Assembly (NCBI RefSeq): GCF_009914755.1
Contig: NC_060937.1
Direction: 5' to 3' (one strand)
From: the human T2T-CHM13v2.0 reference genome, Homo sapiens
DNA: 64,000 bases
The translations under genes were made by a program, and so were the position numbers. Shown here one piece after another: positions 24,595-38,169 of this stretch. A model generated the notes under the pieces. It was given only the letters and a program-made list of their open reading frames with translations. It was not told the origin of the DNA and ran no database searches. Each line of letters begins with the position of its first letter. Position 1 is the first letter of the stretch.

Positions 24595-24790
24595 GGTTGA
24601 TGGCAAGGGTTTGGAATCAGACAGTTCAAACTGGAAGCTGGGGAAGCTGTCTCCTCACCGGGGTCTGGCTGCGTGCATCTGTAAGATGGACACATGAACA
24701 GCACTTGTATCATGGAGATGCTATCATAAGGAACATCATGCATCTGTCCATGGTGAGCGCTTAAAAATTGTTATGCATTGTTAAGGTTGT
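24595..24790 (+). mobile_element. MIR, diverged
   Basis: tttggaatcagacagttcaaa...catctgtaagatgg...catggtgagcgcttaaaaattgtta. Confidence 0.55.
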
Positions 24791-24849
24791 AATTTTTGTC
24801 ATCATCATTTTGGGATTTTGATACTTTTGCTTTTATTTTCTGCTTTTTA

Positions 24850-27800
24850 AATTGCTAAACTTAATCTTATTAAAATATCATTACAAAATAGATCATAAAA
24901 AATACCATAAAATAAATACACAAATTAAAAAAATAAAACTAGAAATTATTGATTCACCACTCAGCTTGAAATCACAGAATGTCACAGTGTCTACACAGCT
25001 CCCCCAGTCTCCCACATTATATAGCTCCTCCCCTCCTGCAGAGGGAGCCACTGCTATCCCGTGTGTGCAGCCGCCCGCTTGTCTTTAGAGTTTCAGCAGA
25101 TGATGCATTCTTAACAACACACTAAATAGCATTGATTGTTTGCTGACCTCAATATGACTGACTTCAACTATATATATAATTATTCTTTATAATTCTGTGC
25201 CCCATTTTGTTCAGTCAACATTGTATTTTTGAGAGTCATTCCTTCACTGCTATTTAACACTGTTCTTTCATCCCTTTGGAGGCCATAGATATGTGGGTTT
25301 CGTGCAGTGCTGTTGGTTTTGGTTTCCTGATCATAAACAGGGCTTTCAGGACTTTCTTGTGCTTGTGTTATTGCACATGTGTGGTGGTTCCTTCAGAGTG
25401 GTGTGGCCAGTTCCTCAGCATGAGCCTGTGCAACACTGGTAGGTGATGACAAATGGTGTGTCAAATTTCCTCCTGCTCTGATGGTGTAAAAGAGATGCAG
25501 CTGCTCTGCCTCTGTGAATATTGAATATCATCAGACTTTATATTTTAATTCATCCAGTAAGTATGAATGGGATTTCACTGTGGCTTAGCTTTGCATTTAC
25601 CAGGTTAGTACAGGAGACAATGTGTCCTATATTCACTGGTACCTCATATTTTTCTTCCTGTTCAGTGTCGGCTCTGATCTTTTATTCATTTTTCTAAGAC
25701 ATTGATGGTCTTCTTCTGATTGATTGCTTCAGAGTTCTTCCTAGAGTCTGGATATTATTTCTTTGATGGTTATGTGTGGCAGTATCTTTGTGGTGAACAG
25801 AAGTTCTAAGTATTAATGCAGTTGAATTATCCACCTTTTCTGCTGTTTTGTAGTTTTCATGTCTTTATTTAAAAAATAAACTTTCTTTACCTAAAATATA
25901 CAAAGTTGGTATCCTATATTTTCTTCTAAATTAAAAAAAATCATTTCACATATAAACTACTAGTGCATTGTTTTGTATCTGGTGTAATGGTGTGAGGTAG
26001 GGAGGCCCAATTCTTGGCTTCATTAGGCTACTAGTTGTCCCTTTCTTTCTTCAGTCACCCGCAGTGCCAGCTCTGTTAGAAATTAAGTTTCTATATATGT
26101 GTGGGTCTGTTTCTAAATTCTATATTCTGTTACATTTGTTTGTCAGTCGAGTGCCAATACCATGCCATCTGGATTACCAGAACTATATAAAAAGTCTCAA
26201 CATCTGGCATATTTTTTTTCTATTTGGGGCTGTTAATATAATAATGTCATTTTTAATGCAAGGGAAACATTAAAGTCCTATAATAAACTCAATTTGGACC
26301 TAGATTCCATTTGCTTCAAATGTTGTGAGTATTTTTGCATTTGTGTTTATGAGTGCTTTTGTTCATGTATGAGACTGGCTTGTCATCTTAAATTATTCTT
26401 GATTTTGATAACAATATAATACATGAATTTGAGAAATATTTACTCTATCGTCTCTGGAACAGTGTTGTGGTGAAATTGTACAATGCTTGGTAAAACTCAA
26501 CTGTAAAATCATCTGTTATTTTCTCTGAAGGTAGATTTTAAATATTGATTCAAAGTATTTAATGATTATAGGACCATTTGGTTCTTTTTGCATTAGTTTA
26601 GATAACTTGTGCTATGTAGGAATTTGTCATTTTCATATTTTTTCACATTGGTTGGCTTAAATTTGTTTCTGATAACCCTAGGATATTTTAAAAATTTTTG
26701 TTGTATGTTCATTATTGCCAGCTTTTTAATGTGTGTAATGTATATTTGACTTTTATCCTTTTTAACCTCGGTTATATGCCAGATATTTATTAATTTTATT
26801 AGTCTTTGTCAAAGAACCAAATTTTGGCTTTGTTGATTCTTTCTCCCATTTCTTTGTTTTCAACTACATAATATTTTGTTCTAATTTTCTCTTTTTTACT
26901 TTGTTGGGTCTATTCTCTTAATCTTGTAGTTCATTAACTTCTAGATTTTTTCTTTTCTAATATAATAATTTAAGACTATAAATTTGCCTTGTATTATGAC
27001 TTTGGCTGCATCCTGTAATTCTTCATACCTAGTAATTTTCTTGCTCAGCCCTAAGTATTTACCAGTTTTCACTATAAATGCTGTTTTGACTTCTGAGATT
27101 TTTGGAAATGTATTTTGTACTTCACAAATATACAGATTTGTTTTAAAATTATTTTGTTAATTTTGAGCTTCATACATTATATTGAGTTTAGAGTGCTACC
27201 GATTCTAAAAAGTATTCTGATTTCAGAAATCCTAAAATGTGGATAAAAAATGGCAACAGCAAGTATAAGAAGTCACTGATTTTAAGACATATCACAACTT
27301 AAAGACACTAAAAATAGAAAAAGAAAATTGGATCTTAGAATCTAAAAAATTTGGGTGCAGTTAGAAACTATGTGTCTGTTATAGTAATTTGCTAAGACAT
27401 GTTGCAATTGGCCTTATATTCTAGTATACGGTCAGTATTTGTAAATATTCCTTGAGTGGAAAAAAATCACATTTTATTCTCTACTTCTATATATTTCTAC
27501 TACATCAACCTCTTTAATAGTAGTATTCAAATATTTTATATCCTGACTGATTTTTGTCTGCTTGGTCTTTCAAATATTTACAGAGGTGTTTTTAAAATCT
27601 ACCATATGATACTAGATTTACCAATATTTTTATAATTTTATCTATTTTTGTTTTATATATGTTGAAGCTATGTTAATAAGAATAAAAATGTTTAGAATTA
27701 TTACACTTTCCTAGTGAATTGAGCCTTCTGTCAATATATAGTAATCTCTTTTAAAACAAATCTTTAGTAGGGCCTTTTGTATTTTTTTTTTTTTTCTTCC

Positions 27801-29190
27801 AACTGATACTAATATATCTATCATCTGTACCAGCTTTTTAAGTTATTTGTTTGAAATGTATTTTCCATCTTTTTGCATTTTACCTGTCTATGCCTTTCTG
27901 TTTTAGATAGAGCTCTTCTAAATGGCATACAGCTGGAACTTTTAAAATCCAGACTAATAACCATAATATTTAAATTAGGAAGTTTATTCATTTATATTTA
28001 TCATGAGTACTGGTGTATTTGGACTCCTTTCTACTATTTTATTTCATGCATTCTATTTGTCCTGCATTTTCCAGGTTTTCTTCCCCTTCTGTTCTTACCT
28101 TCTTTTAAATTGATTGAGACTTTTTTCCTCCCTATCTTATTTTGCAATTCAATTTGGAAGTAATATATTCTATTTCTATGATGTTATTGATTATCCTAGA
28201 AATATTAAGAAGCTATGGCCACTTAACAAAGTCTACTGCTAATATTTACCCTCTTCACAAATAATGCAGGAAATATAGTGTTCTTTCAGTATAAATTATA
28301 TGTTGTATATATAACTTAGTTCTATCTTGTTATTTTTAACCACACAAATTATATGTTATTATTTCCATGGCTAATGCTTGTTTAGACTTATTCACACATT
28401 TACCATTTTGTGTGCTAAACATTTCTTCTTGCATCTCAGACCTTTTTTTCTGGAATCCCTTCTCTCTTCATAGTGTGTGCCCTATAAAAGTTCCTTTAAT
28501 AAAGATCAATCATAGTTTTAAAAATGTCTTTAGTTCATCATCATTTTCAAAAATACAATTAGCTGATAGACAATTTCAAGTCAACATCTTTTTTTCTGTT
28601 TTTTTGAAGATATTATTCCACTGCCTTCCAGCTTCTCCTATAACTATTGAGAAGCCAGCTACCTTTCTAATTATTGTTTAATTTTAGGAAATCTACTTTT
28701 TCCTTGATAATCATTTTTAAATATCTTTTTTTATCATTTATATTTGGCAGTATTACTAGGTTGTAGCTAAATTCAGTGGATTTTAAATTTCCCTTCTTGG
28801 GATTTATTGGTCTCCCTAATATGAAAATTTATGTCTTTTAAAAGTAATAAAACCTTCCATCATTATCTTTTCAAATATTGTCTCTCAATCTATTTTTCCT
28901 CCTAGAATTCTGATAGAAAATATATTTAATATTATAGTAATTTATATATTTAACTTTTATTTTTCTTACATTTTTCTGATATTTTCTCATATTATTCTAC
29001 ATCTCTTAAACTGTATTTTATATTTTCTGCTTTTTTTCTGTTTTCTCCATTCTGCATAAGTTATTGGGAATTGAAGTGTATCTTCCAATCATATAATTCT
29101 CTCTTCAGCTGTATCTAGTTGGCTGCTTAGCCTTTCTTTTAAAGTTTCTATTTTCGATTAGTAATATTTTTCATTCTTTTAAAAATCTCT
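24850..29190 (-). mobile_element. Ancient L1 (L1ME/L1M-type), fragmented
   Basis: Long, very T-rich block with antisense L1 hallmarks such as tggtgtgaggtaggga, gtgccaataccatg, tcaaagaaccaaattttggctttgttgatt, ttattccactgccttccagcttc and ttattgagaagccagct. No intact ORF. Confidence 0.85.
27190..27355. mobile_element. Possible TcMar-Tc2 (MER104-like) fragment nested in L1
   Basis: A-rich island in the T-rich L1: ctgatttcagaaatcctaaaatgtgg...gattttaagacatatcac...tcttagaatctaaaaaatttgg. Confidence 0.4.
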
Positions 29191-29199
29191 TTGATTCTA

Positions 29200-29918
29200 G
29201 GTCACTGCTCTACATATGGTCAAACAATATTCAAGCTAGTATTTGTCCACTTCATTCATCATTATATTCATTATTGCCTGTGAAAAAATATGTTAGGAAG
29301 AGTATAAAGTGGCTGTTTAATATATTATTTACCTTTCCTTGATCCTAGACTTTTCGGGCAGAAGTTGATCAAGGCATGTGTTACACTAGCTTGATGTAAA
29401 TTCATAGATATTTATGCTTAAACCCACCTTGTGCACTAACACTACTTTGAATTGTGGCCAGTTTGTCAATTTAGGTAAGAATTCCAGTGGTCAAAAACAA
29501 AACTGTGTTATAGATCCCTTCTCAAATTATTAGTTAATAACTAGACACTGGTTTTATATGAGTTAGGTGATTACCTCCGTGACAGACAGAATAGAAATAC
29601 AAATATTCTCTCATTGTCTTTCATCTGGTAGCATTTTCTAACAAACCCTGACCTCAACTGATGTGAAGCTATTTATAATCCCTATTCCATTTGATATTCA
29701 TACACTTTACTGTGGAAATATTAATGTTCAATGATAGTCTCCTGCCTGAGTTCCCTTGGCATATAATATAATATATGGTATTTTACAAAACTACACAGTA
29801 GACTGTTCTAAAATCTGGAATTTATAAATTCTGAAAAACAAGTTCTAAAATCTGGAGGTTATGAATTCTGAAAAACAACTGGGTCTGGGGATTTCAGATA
29901 AGAATTTGTGGTCCTGTA
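29200..29918. mobile_element. Probable ancient Tigger (Tigger12-like) remnant; left boundary uncertain
   Basis: The right end aattctgaaaaacaactgggtctggggatttcagataagaatttgtggtcctg+ta resembles a recalled Tigger12 terminus with a TA target site. Confidence 0.45.
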
Positions 29919-30479
29919 ATACTTATGTCATTGTGTTCTGGAAAGGATTAAATAAAATATGGCATAGTTCTTAATATAATGTGTTTGGCACATAGTAAAC
30001 TCTGAATAAATCATAATTACAGTTGTTGTTGAGTCTATTCAGATGTTTCCCCGATTATTGTACTTCATAAAGTGGTTTTGGGGACAAAGAAACAGAAAAT
30101 ATGGATTTGACACTTTAATATGTATATGATGTTTTATCTTCCACGTATTTAGGGTGAAAGCTAGAAGGACACATTGAAAGCTTGTTAGGCAGCAATGTAG
30201 GTTAGAGCCAGCAGGACTGAGAACTTAGATCTGAATTACTTGGTGGGGAGGGAAGGCAATAGGAATGTAAAACAATTCCTCAGGCAATCACACTCCATCC
30301 AGGGAGGTGAGAACTGTGTTGAAGATTACTGGGGCAGAGTGGGTTCATAGCTTTCTAGCAGGAGGACTGAATCTAAGGGACTAAGCAGGAGGTAATAGGG
30401 CAGGGATTTTTTTTTTCTTAATCAAATGGGCAAATATCTTCAAAGATTATACTAAAAGCTGTCAGGTTTGAGGAACTGA

Positions 30480-30975
30480 AAAATAGCCCTTTGTTATTCC
30501 TAAGCAATTTGGCAATATTTATCAACACTCTGAAGAATGTCAGCACCCTTTAACCTACTTTCTCCGCTTCTATAATTTAGTTCCAAAGAAATAATGCAAA
30601 ATGAAAAAAAAAATCTTATGCAGGAAGCTGTTCATTACCACTCTGTAATTTAGTTCCAAAGAAATAATGCAAAATGAAAAAAAAATATTATGCAGGAAGA
30701 TGTTCATTACCACCCTGTAAGACGTAATAGAGACAAGCTGGTAAATACTTGTTCATGATGGAATGGTTAAGTCATAGTATATCTGATTTATGGACTATTA
30801 CAAAGCCGTCCAAAAATAATGCTTGTGAAGCATTTTTTTTTAACTACATGGAACATGCTGGTGATAAAATGTTAAGTGAAAAGCAGGATACTACATTTTA
30901 TGTAATGCATGTTCTCAGAATTACGTAAAACACACATTCATAGAAAAATAATGGAAGAAAGAGCTAAATAATATT
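30480..30975 (+). mobile_element. Ancient L1ME 3'-end fragment
   Basis: gcaatttggcaatatttatcaa...ggaatggttaag...atggactattac...aatgttaagtgaaaagcaggatac. Confidence 0.7.
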
Positions 30976-30979
30976 TATG

Positions 30980-31007
<28 letters not shown>
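30980..31007. repeat. (GT)14 microsatellite
   Basis: Pure GT run. Confidence 0.97.
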
Positions 31008-31011
<4 letters not shown>

Positions 31012-31554
31012 ATCAGATTACAATTTTTTTTAAATCCTCTCTCTGGTTTTGTATTTTACATTACGATAATGAATTAACTTCTTAATTAAAAAAGCAGCAA
31101 TAAGAAAAAAGTCAGATGTGGACAAAGTAGAGTCCACAATGAAAGTGTTGCAGCAAAAGCAGGCCGCAGCCAGACTGGGGCGGGGGGTGACGAAGGTGGG
31201 GGCCCAGCCACTGTGCAGGGCTGTAGGGCAGAGTTGTGACAAGCAACAACCAAACACACCCTGGTTTGGAAAGTCCAAGGGAATGCCGGTGGAGGGAGTG
31301 TGTGGGCCTTGGCATCCAGGAAAGGCACCTGCAGGAGCGTGACCATTGAAAATGCACCCCGCCCGGATGCAGAGTCTGCACTGTCTCCGCAGAGACACTG
31401 CCTCAGCCTTCCTGCAATTAGGGAAACCAGGCTGCATTTGGACAGATGGTGGCATTCAGGGCACAGTATTAGAACATTCTGATCATTTGTGAATTAAATA
31501 CTTGTGTGTCCTCCTACTCCCTTACTGTCTCACCTATGTGGAATGATTTTCTGC

Positions 31555-31790
31555 TGTGGAGATGCATGGGGTTAAGAGCACAGGTTTCTGGTGCCGGGTG
31601 GATCTGAGTTCTAATTCTACTGCTCACTGCTGCCAAATGGCTTCCTAACCTCTCCAAACCTCAGTTTCCTCATTTGGAATGGACCGTGTGTATTGACTGG
31701 CTGTTGTGGGATGAAGTGAAACAATGCGACGATCTCAGCCAAATGCCTGAGACCACACAGGTGTTCACAGGAACAGAGCTGTTAGCTCTG
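31555..31790 (+). mobile_element. MIR
   Basis: ggttaagagcacagg...ctgagttctaattc...cttcctaacctctccaaacctcagtttcctcattt (MIR core)...gttgtgggatgaagtga. Confidence 0.8.
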
Positions 31791-31804
31791 GTACAAGCGT
31801 GAGT

Positions 31805-32144
31805 GAGCCATTCACACCTGTCACCCAGCAGGCATGGCGAGCCATTCATACCTATCACCCAGCAGGCATGGGAAGCCACTCACACCTATCACCCAGCAGG
31901 CATGGCGGGCCATTCACACCTATCACCCAGCAGGCATGGCAAGCCGTTCACACCTATCACCCAGCAGGCATGGCGAGCCGTTCACACCTATCACCCAGCA
32001 GGCATGGCGAGCCGTTCACACCTATCACCCAGCAGGCATGGCGAGCCGTTCACACCTATCACCCAGCAGGTATGGTGAGCCGTTCACACCTATCACCCAG
32101 CAGGCATGGTGAGCCGTTCACACCTATCACCCAGCAGGCATGGC
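31805..32144. repeat. Minisatellite, 34-bp unit, 10 copies
   Basis: gagccgttcacacctatcacccagcaggcatggc at exact 34-bp spacing from 31805 to 32111. Confidence 0.97.
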
Positions 32145-33764
32145 TGCTGTCATTTAGAAACACGAGAAGCAACACAGTTCTCAGTGTATGGAAACACCTT
32201 CTCATGGGGCTCTCTACAGTTAGGTGCTCTGTGTCAAGGGTTCCCGTTCCTGAGCATGGCTCCTTCTGGGGGCTGACGATGGGGGTGCATGCCACTTCTG
32301 CATCCCTGCCCCGTGTCTGCACTGCTTGGCTTCCCCAGACTGGGCAAGTTACTGAAACGAAGCACAGAATTGAGGCCTTGAGCCCTGCCTCATGGGCTCT
32401 TTTTCTATTTTCTTCAGAATAAAATGAAGAAATGATAGGTAGGGAGGGAGAGAGAGAGAGAGAGAGAATATAGTACAACAGTTTTGTACCTTAGCTTGTG
32501 AAAACCTGTAAAGCTATGACCAGAGCTCACTGCTTCCCGTTGGTGCCTTCATCCATTTTCAGACTGGTTTGTCTTTGGCCACTTGGTGTTAGGGATGAAA
32601 GTAATTCCATGCTGCTCGTTGACGTATGCTTTCATTCCGTAATCGCAGGATGAGGGATAAAGGATACCTTTTAGGGATATCGAGGCATCAGTTAAGTCAA
32701 GGAGCCCATTCAGCCCCTTGTCTCCTGCGTAGGAAGGAGGATGGTGAGAGCACGATGTCACGGTCTTGTCTGGCACCAGGACCCTGTTACTTCTCCGTAA
32801 CTTATGAGATATGTGGTTTATAGACGCCGTAGTATAGAAATTTAAAAATGTGTTTAAATAGTAGTCATTTTCTCTATAACTTTTCCTGGTATTGAACTGC
32901 ACTATGGCCCACTCAGGTGTATTGGAGGACAAAACTGTGAACTGGACTCACGGCTGAGTGAGGAAATTTATGAAGGGCAGGTCTCGAGTTCTTGCCTAAA
33001 CCCCAACTTATGTTTATTCCATTATTCCTTGAATCTCACAACTAGAGGTGAATCAAAGTTTCTGGGGAGGGCTGAAGCTTATACAATCTAGTCCCCATTA
33101 AGAAAAAAATAATGAAATATTAATATAAAATAGCCAGGACTCTTCCTGGTTGCTTAGAAGGGGGCACATGTGCGAGAGGTCTGAGGTTTCAGCTTGAGGG
33201 TCTTCATGAAGACCTGGGATGACTAGGTGTCACCCTGCCCAAGTGTGCTCAGAGCTGCTTTGGGCAGCGGCGCGGGCCTGTCCTTCTGGGGCTTCTCTTT
33301 CCGTGAAAGCTACGAGAGATCCTGCAGCACTCTGCCGTCTACACTGCATCCTGCTCCTGGTCCGCAGTGGGTACATCAACTGAATTCACCAGGGCAGGTT
33401 TAGCACAGTCTGCGAGAAATAGACATTTTTTTTTCTTCCCAGGGAAAACACAATAGGTTTTAGCATTCTTGGGAGAAGACTGCAGTTGTAAGAGGTGGTG
33501 TTTTCTGAATATAGCTGTAAGCCCACCTGTTGATAATTAGGAAACAGACGGTCTTGAGCGGGGGTGGGGGAGAGAGGCCACACTTCTGCAGGGAAGAAGA
33601 AACAGGCGGTGACACTCCCCAAAGTCACTTCCATATTTATTCTGACTTCCACAAATATTTTCCTCCGTTTTCTCTTCTCCCTTTCTGCATATTTGTTGCA
33701 CTGTCTTGTCATTATTTTAAAAAGAGTGAAAAGGGCAGGAAGGGAAATAGGAGAAAGGAAGTGA

Positions 33765-36700
33765 CGGAGGAGGCTTCACACACACAGTCCCCAACAATGG
33801 CAGTGATGGAGCAGGCTTCACACACACAGTCCCCAACAATGGCAGTGATGGAGCAGGCTTCACACACACACAGTCCCCAACAATGGCAGTGATGGAGCAG
33901 GCTTCACACACACAGTCCCCATCAATGGCAGCGATGGAGCAGGCTTCACACACACACAGTCCCCAACAATGGCAGCGATGGAGCAGGCTTCACACACACA
34001 GTCCCCAACAATGGCAGCGATGGAGCAGGCTTCACACACACACAGTCCCCATCAATGGCAGCGATGGAGCAGGCTTCACACACACACAGTCCCCATCAAT
34101 GGCAGTGATGGAGCAGGCTTCACACACACAGTCCCCAACAATGGCAGTGATGGAGCAGGCTTCACACACACACAGTCCCCATCAATGGCAGCGATGGAGC
34201 AGGCTTCACACACACACAGTCCCCATCAATGGCAGTGATGGAGCAGGCTTCACACACACAGTCCCCAACAATGGCAGTGATGGAGCAGGCTTCACACACA
34301 CACAGTCCCCATCAATGGCAGCGATGGAGCAGGCTTCACACACACACAGTCCCCATCAATGGCAGTGATGGAGCAGGCTTCACACACACACAGTCCCCAA
34401 CAATGGCAGCGATGGAGCAGGCTTCACACACACAGTCCCCAACAATGGCAGTGATGGAGCAGGCTTCACACACACAGTCCCCATCAATGGCAGTGATGGA
34501 GCAGGCTTCACACACACAGTCCCCAACAATGGCAGTGATGGAGCAGGCTTCACACACACAGTCCCCAACAATGGCAGTGATGGAGCAGGCTTCACACACA
34601 CAGTCCCCATCAATGGCAGCGATGGAGCAGGCTTCACACACACACAGTCCCCAACAATGGCAGTGATGGAGCAGGCTTCACACACACAGTCCCCAACAAT
34701 GGCAGTGATGGAGCAGGCATCACACACACACAGTCCCCATCAATGGCAGCGATGGAGCAGGCTTCACACACACAGTCCCCAACAATGGCAGTGATGGAGC
34801 AGGCTTCACACACACAGTCCCCAACAATGGCAGCGATGGAGCAGGCATCACACACACACAGTCCCCATCAATGGCAGCGATGGAGCAGGCATCACACACA
34901 CAGTCCCCATCAATGACAGCGATGGAGCAGGCTTCACACACACACAGTCCCCAACAATGGCAGCGATGGAGCAGGCTTCACACACACAGTCCCCAACAAT
35001 GGCAGTGATGGAGCAGGCTTCACACACACAGTCCCCATCAATGGCAGTGATGGAGCAGGCTTCACACACACAGTCCCCAACAATGGCAGTGATGGAGCAG
35101 GCTTCACACACACAGTCCCCAACAATGGCAGTGATGGAGCAGGCTTCACACACACACAGTCCCCAACAATGGCAGCGATGGAGCAGGCTTCACACACACA
35201 CAGTCCCCATCAATGGCAGCGATGGAGCAGGCTTCACACACACACAGTCCCCATCAATGGCAGTGATGGAGCAGGCTTCACACACACAGTCCCCAACAAT
35301 GGCAGTGATGGAGCAGGCTTCACACACACACAGTCCCCATCAATGGCAGCGATGGAGCAGGCTTCACACACACACAGTCCCCATCAATGGCAGTGATGGA
35401 GCAGGCTTCACACACACAGTCCCCAACAATGGCAGTGATGGAGCAGGCTTCACACACACACAGTCCCCATCAATGGCAGCGATGGAGCAGGCTTCACACA
35501 CACACAGTCCCCATCAATGGCAGTGATGGAGCAGGCTTCACACACACACAGTCCCCAACAATGGCAGCGATGGAGCAGGCTTCACACACACAGTCCCCAA
35601 CAATGGCAGTGATGGAGCAGGCTTCACACACACAGTCCCCATCAATGGCAGTGATGGAGCAGGCTTCACACACACAGTCCCCAACAATGGCAGTGATGGA
35701 GCAGGCTTCACACACACAGTCCCCAACAATGGCAGTGATGGAGCAGGCTTCACACACACAGTCCCCATCAATGGCAGCGATGGAGCAGGCTTCACACACA
35801 CACAGTCCCCAACAATGGCAGTGATGGAGCAGGCTTCACACACACAGTCCCCAACAATGGCAGTGATGGAGCAGGCATCACACACACACAGTCCCCATCA
35901 ATGGCAGCGATGGAGCAGGCTTCACACACACAGTCCCCAACAATGGCAGTGATGGAGCAGGCTTCACACACACAGTCCCCAACAATGGCAGCGATGGAGC
36001 AGGCATCACACACACACAGTCCCCATCAATGGCAGCGATGGAGCAGGCATCACACACACAGTCCCCATCAATGACAGCGATGGAGCAGGCTTCACACACA
36101 CACAGTCCCCAACAATGGCAGCGATGGAGCAGGCTTCACACACACAGTCCCCAACAATGGCAGTGATGGAGCAGGCTTCACACACACAGTCCCCATCAAT
36201 GGCAGTGATGGAGCAGGCTTCACACACACAGTCCCCAACAATGGCAGTGATGGAGCAGGCTTCACACACACAGTCCCCAACAATGGCAGTGATGGAGCAG
36301 GCTTCACACACACACAGTCCCCAACAATGGCAGCGATGGAGCAGGCTTCACACACACACAGTCCCCATCAATGGCAGCGATGGAGCAGGCTTCACACACA
36401 CACAGTCCCCATCAATGGCAGTGATGGAGCAGGCTTCACACACACAGTCCCCAACAATGGCAGTGATGGAGCAGGCTTCACACACACACAGTCCCCATCA
36501 ATGGCAGCGATGGAGCAGGCTTCACACACACACAGTCCCCATCAATGGCAGTGATGGAGCAGGCTTCACACACACAGTCCCCAACAATGGCAGTGATGGA
36601 GCAGGCTTCACACACACACAGTCCCCATCAATGGCAGCGATGGAGCAGGCTTCACACACACACAGTCCCCATCAATGGCAGTGATGGAGCAGGCTTCACA

Positions 36701-37280
36701 CACACACAGTCCCCAACAATGGCAGCGATGGAGCAGGCTTCACACACACAGTCCCCAACAATGGTAGTGATGGAGCAGGCTTCACACACACAGTCCCCAT
36801 CAATGGCAGTGATGGAGCAGGCTTCACACACACAGTCCCCAACAATGGCAGTGATGGAGCAGGCTTCACACACACAGTCCCCAACAATGGCAGTGATGGA
36901 GCAGGCTTCACACACACACAGTCCCCAACAATGGCAGCGATGGAGCAGGCTCCACACACACACAGTCCCCATCAATGGCAGCGATGGAGCAGGCTTCACA
37001 CACACACAGTCCCCATCAATGGCAGTGATGGAGCAGGCTTCACACACACAGTCCCCAACAATGGCAGTGATGGAGCAGGCTTCACACACACACAGTCCCC
37101 ATCAATGGCAGCGATGGAGCAGGCTTCACACACGCACAGTCCCCATCAATGGCAGCGATGGAGCAGGCTTCACACACACACAGTCCCCATCAATGACAGC
37201 GATGGAGCAGGCTTCACACACAGTCCCCATCAACGGTAGCAATGGAGCAGGCTTCACACACGCACAGTCCCCATCAATGT
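33765..37280. repeat. Large VNTR, 42/44-bp unit, about 82 copies, with higher-order structure
   Basis: gtcccca(a/t)caatggcag(t/c)gatggagcaggctt+(ca)5-6. Identical ORF translations recur 1158 bp apart (34229/35387, 34957/36115, 35169/36327). Confidence 0.98.
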
Positions 37281-38169
37281 GGGCAGCGTGGCCAGCCACA
37301 AATGCCAGATTCTTCTAAAAAGTATAACACAAGGGTATTTGTTCCACCAGTTTTCTAAACATGATAGAAGTTTGGCTGTACTGTTTTCACCCTATTTAAA
37401 CATGACAACGGGGCTTTTTCCCAGTGTCGGGTGGAGCCCGTGCTGGCTGAGTCCCTCTGAAGCACCTGAGGAGTGAAGTGGGGGCCAAGCCTGGAGGAGG
37501 GTCTGTGCATGGAGGTTCCACTCAGGAAAGTGGCACAGGGGGGCTCCAGGTCCAAACCCCCGGTGCAGGCCCAGGACAAGGCGTAGGGAGCCACTGGCCC
37601 CCCCACTGGAAGGGGACTGCTGGGGGGCAGGGAGGCTCACTCTCTTCTGTGTTGAAGCCCAGTGCCCGGCCCCAGCCTGGTGCAGAGCAGACCTGACTCA
37701 GTATTTGTTAAGTGATAGATTCTGGAATGATCAGGGCAGGATGGGAACGGGACTTCAGTAGGCAGAGTTGAACCCGGAGGGAGAGAATTAGAAACAAAAG
37801 AGGTGAGTGAAGGAGCCGGTCTCCTCCTCCCTCTCCCAGGAGAAAATGAGTTCTGCCATGAATACCACGCCCAGGGGAGGCTGCCCATGCTGACCAGCTG
37901 CCTCTCTCAGCTGAAGGAAGGGGATGGAGCAGCCTAGGAAGGTTGACATTTGCATCAAAAGCAGCCGGGATAGTGTAACAATGGGCTGGCACCAAGTTTC
38001 CCAAATGTTTCAGCTTCAATTATTTGTCTGCTCCTCTGTGCCCAAAGCTTCTCATTCTAACTCAACTGTAATGCATGGCATGGCAGGGCAGGGCATCACT
38101 GGTCCCCCACCATGGGCCACTTTGCTGGGCACCATTCCATGCACCACTGCAACGAGAGGGAACTCTGAG

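Noticed and set aside
24850-29190. Possible coding L1 ORF2 or processed pseudogene
   Set aside because: Heavily decayed with no long ORF on either strand; consistent with an ancient L1 fossil.
33765-37318. Repeat-protein ORFs (MAVMEQASHTQSPT...) or a CRISPR-like array
   Set aside because: Head-to-tail VNTR with no unique spacers and no cas genes, in primate DNA. The 44-bp units shift frame repeatedly.
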